A stretch of DNA of 64,000 bases, taken from assembly GCF_964194155.1 (NCBI RefSeq), contig NC_135884.1:46500001-46564000 (forward strand). Reading direction: 5' to 3'. The notes under the pieces were generated by a model. That model saw only the letters and a program-made list of their open reading frames with translations. It was not told the origin of the DNA and made no database searches. The translations under genes and the position numbers were made by a program. Shown one piece after another: positions 63,901 through 64,000 of the stretch; positions within the stretch are counted from its first letter, which is position 1, and each line of letters starts with the position of its first letter. The DNA is from Cetorhinus maximus. Taxonomy: Eukaryota.

Positions 63901-64000
63901 ATATATTACAATTGGCAATACAGTATTAATGATTGACAATTTAGTTTTACTGACTAATATAGTAAAACTGATTGACAATTCAAAGCTAATGAGTAATGAT

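Overview
Eukaryotic, repeat-dense genomic DNA, most likely from a shark or ray: it carries HE1-type tRNA SINEs and HER1/CR1 LINEs that share a 3' tail, plus Penelope-like elements and Harbinger transposons. I found no intact protein-coding gene. Four main components stand out. (1) A ~21-kb block (35.4-56.2 kb) of a 27-bp satellite with higher-order structure holds, nearly back to back, a full-length decayed GalEa-type Copia LTR retrotransposon and a Gmr1-type Gypsy element. (2) A variant histone H2B transcript copy sits in sense orientation in the middle of the Copia integrase, with no target-site duplication and with apparent microhomology to the histone stem-loop at its 3' junction; this may be host-mRNA capture by reverse-transcriptase template switching. 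(3) The non-repeat DNA from ~63.5 kb down to ~17.2 kb on the minus strand reads as many decayed exons of a large receptor gene: many FN3 domains, an RPTP-like juxtamembrane domain and a probable tyrosine kinase domain. It looks like an unprocessed pseudogene that the ORF track misses. (4) There are two decayed Harbinger transposase elements, related MITEs, nested LINEs, a solo LTR and a 24-bp minisatellite. All translations and alignments were done by eye, so family assignments need HMM/BLAST confirmation.
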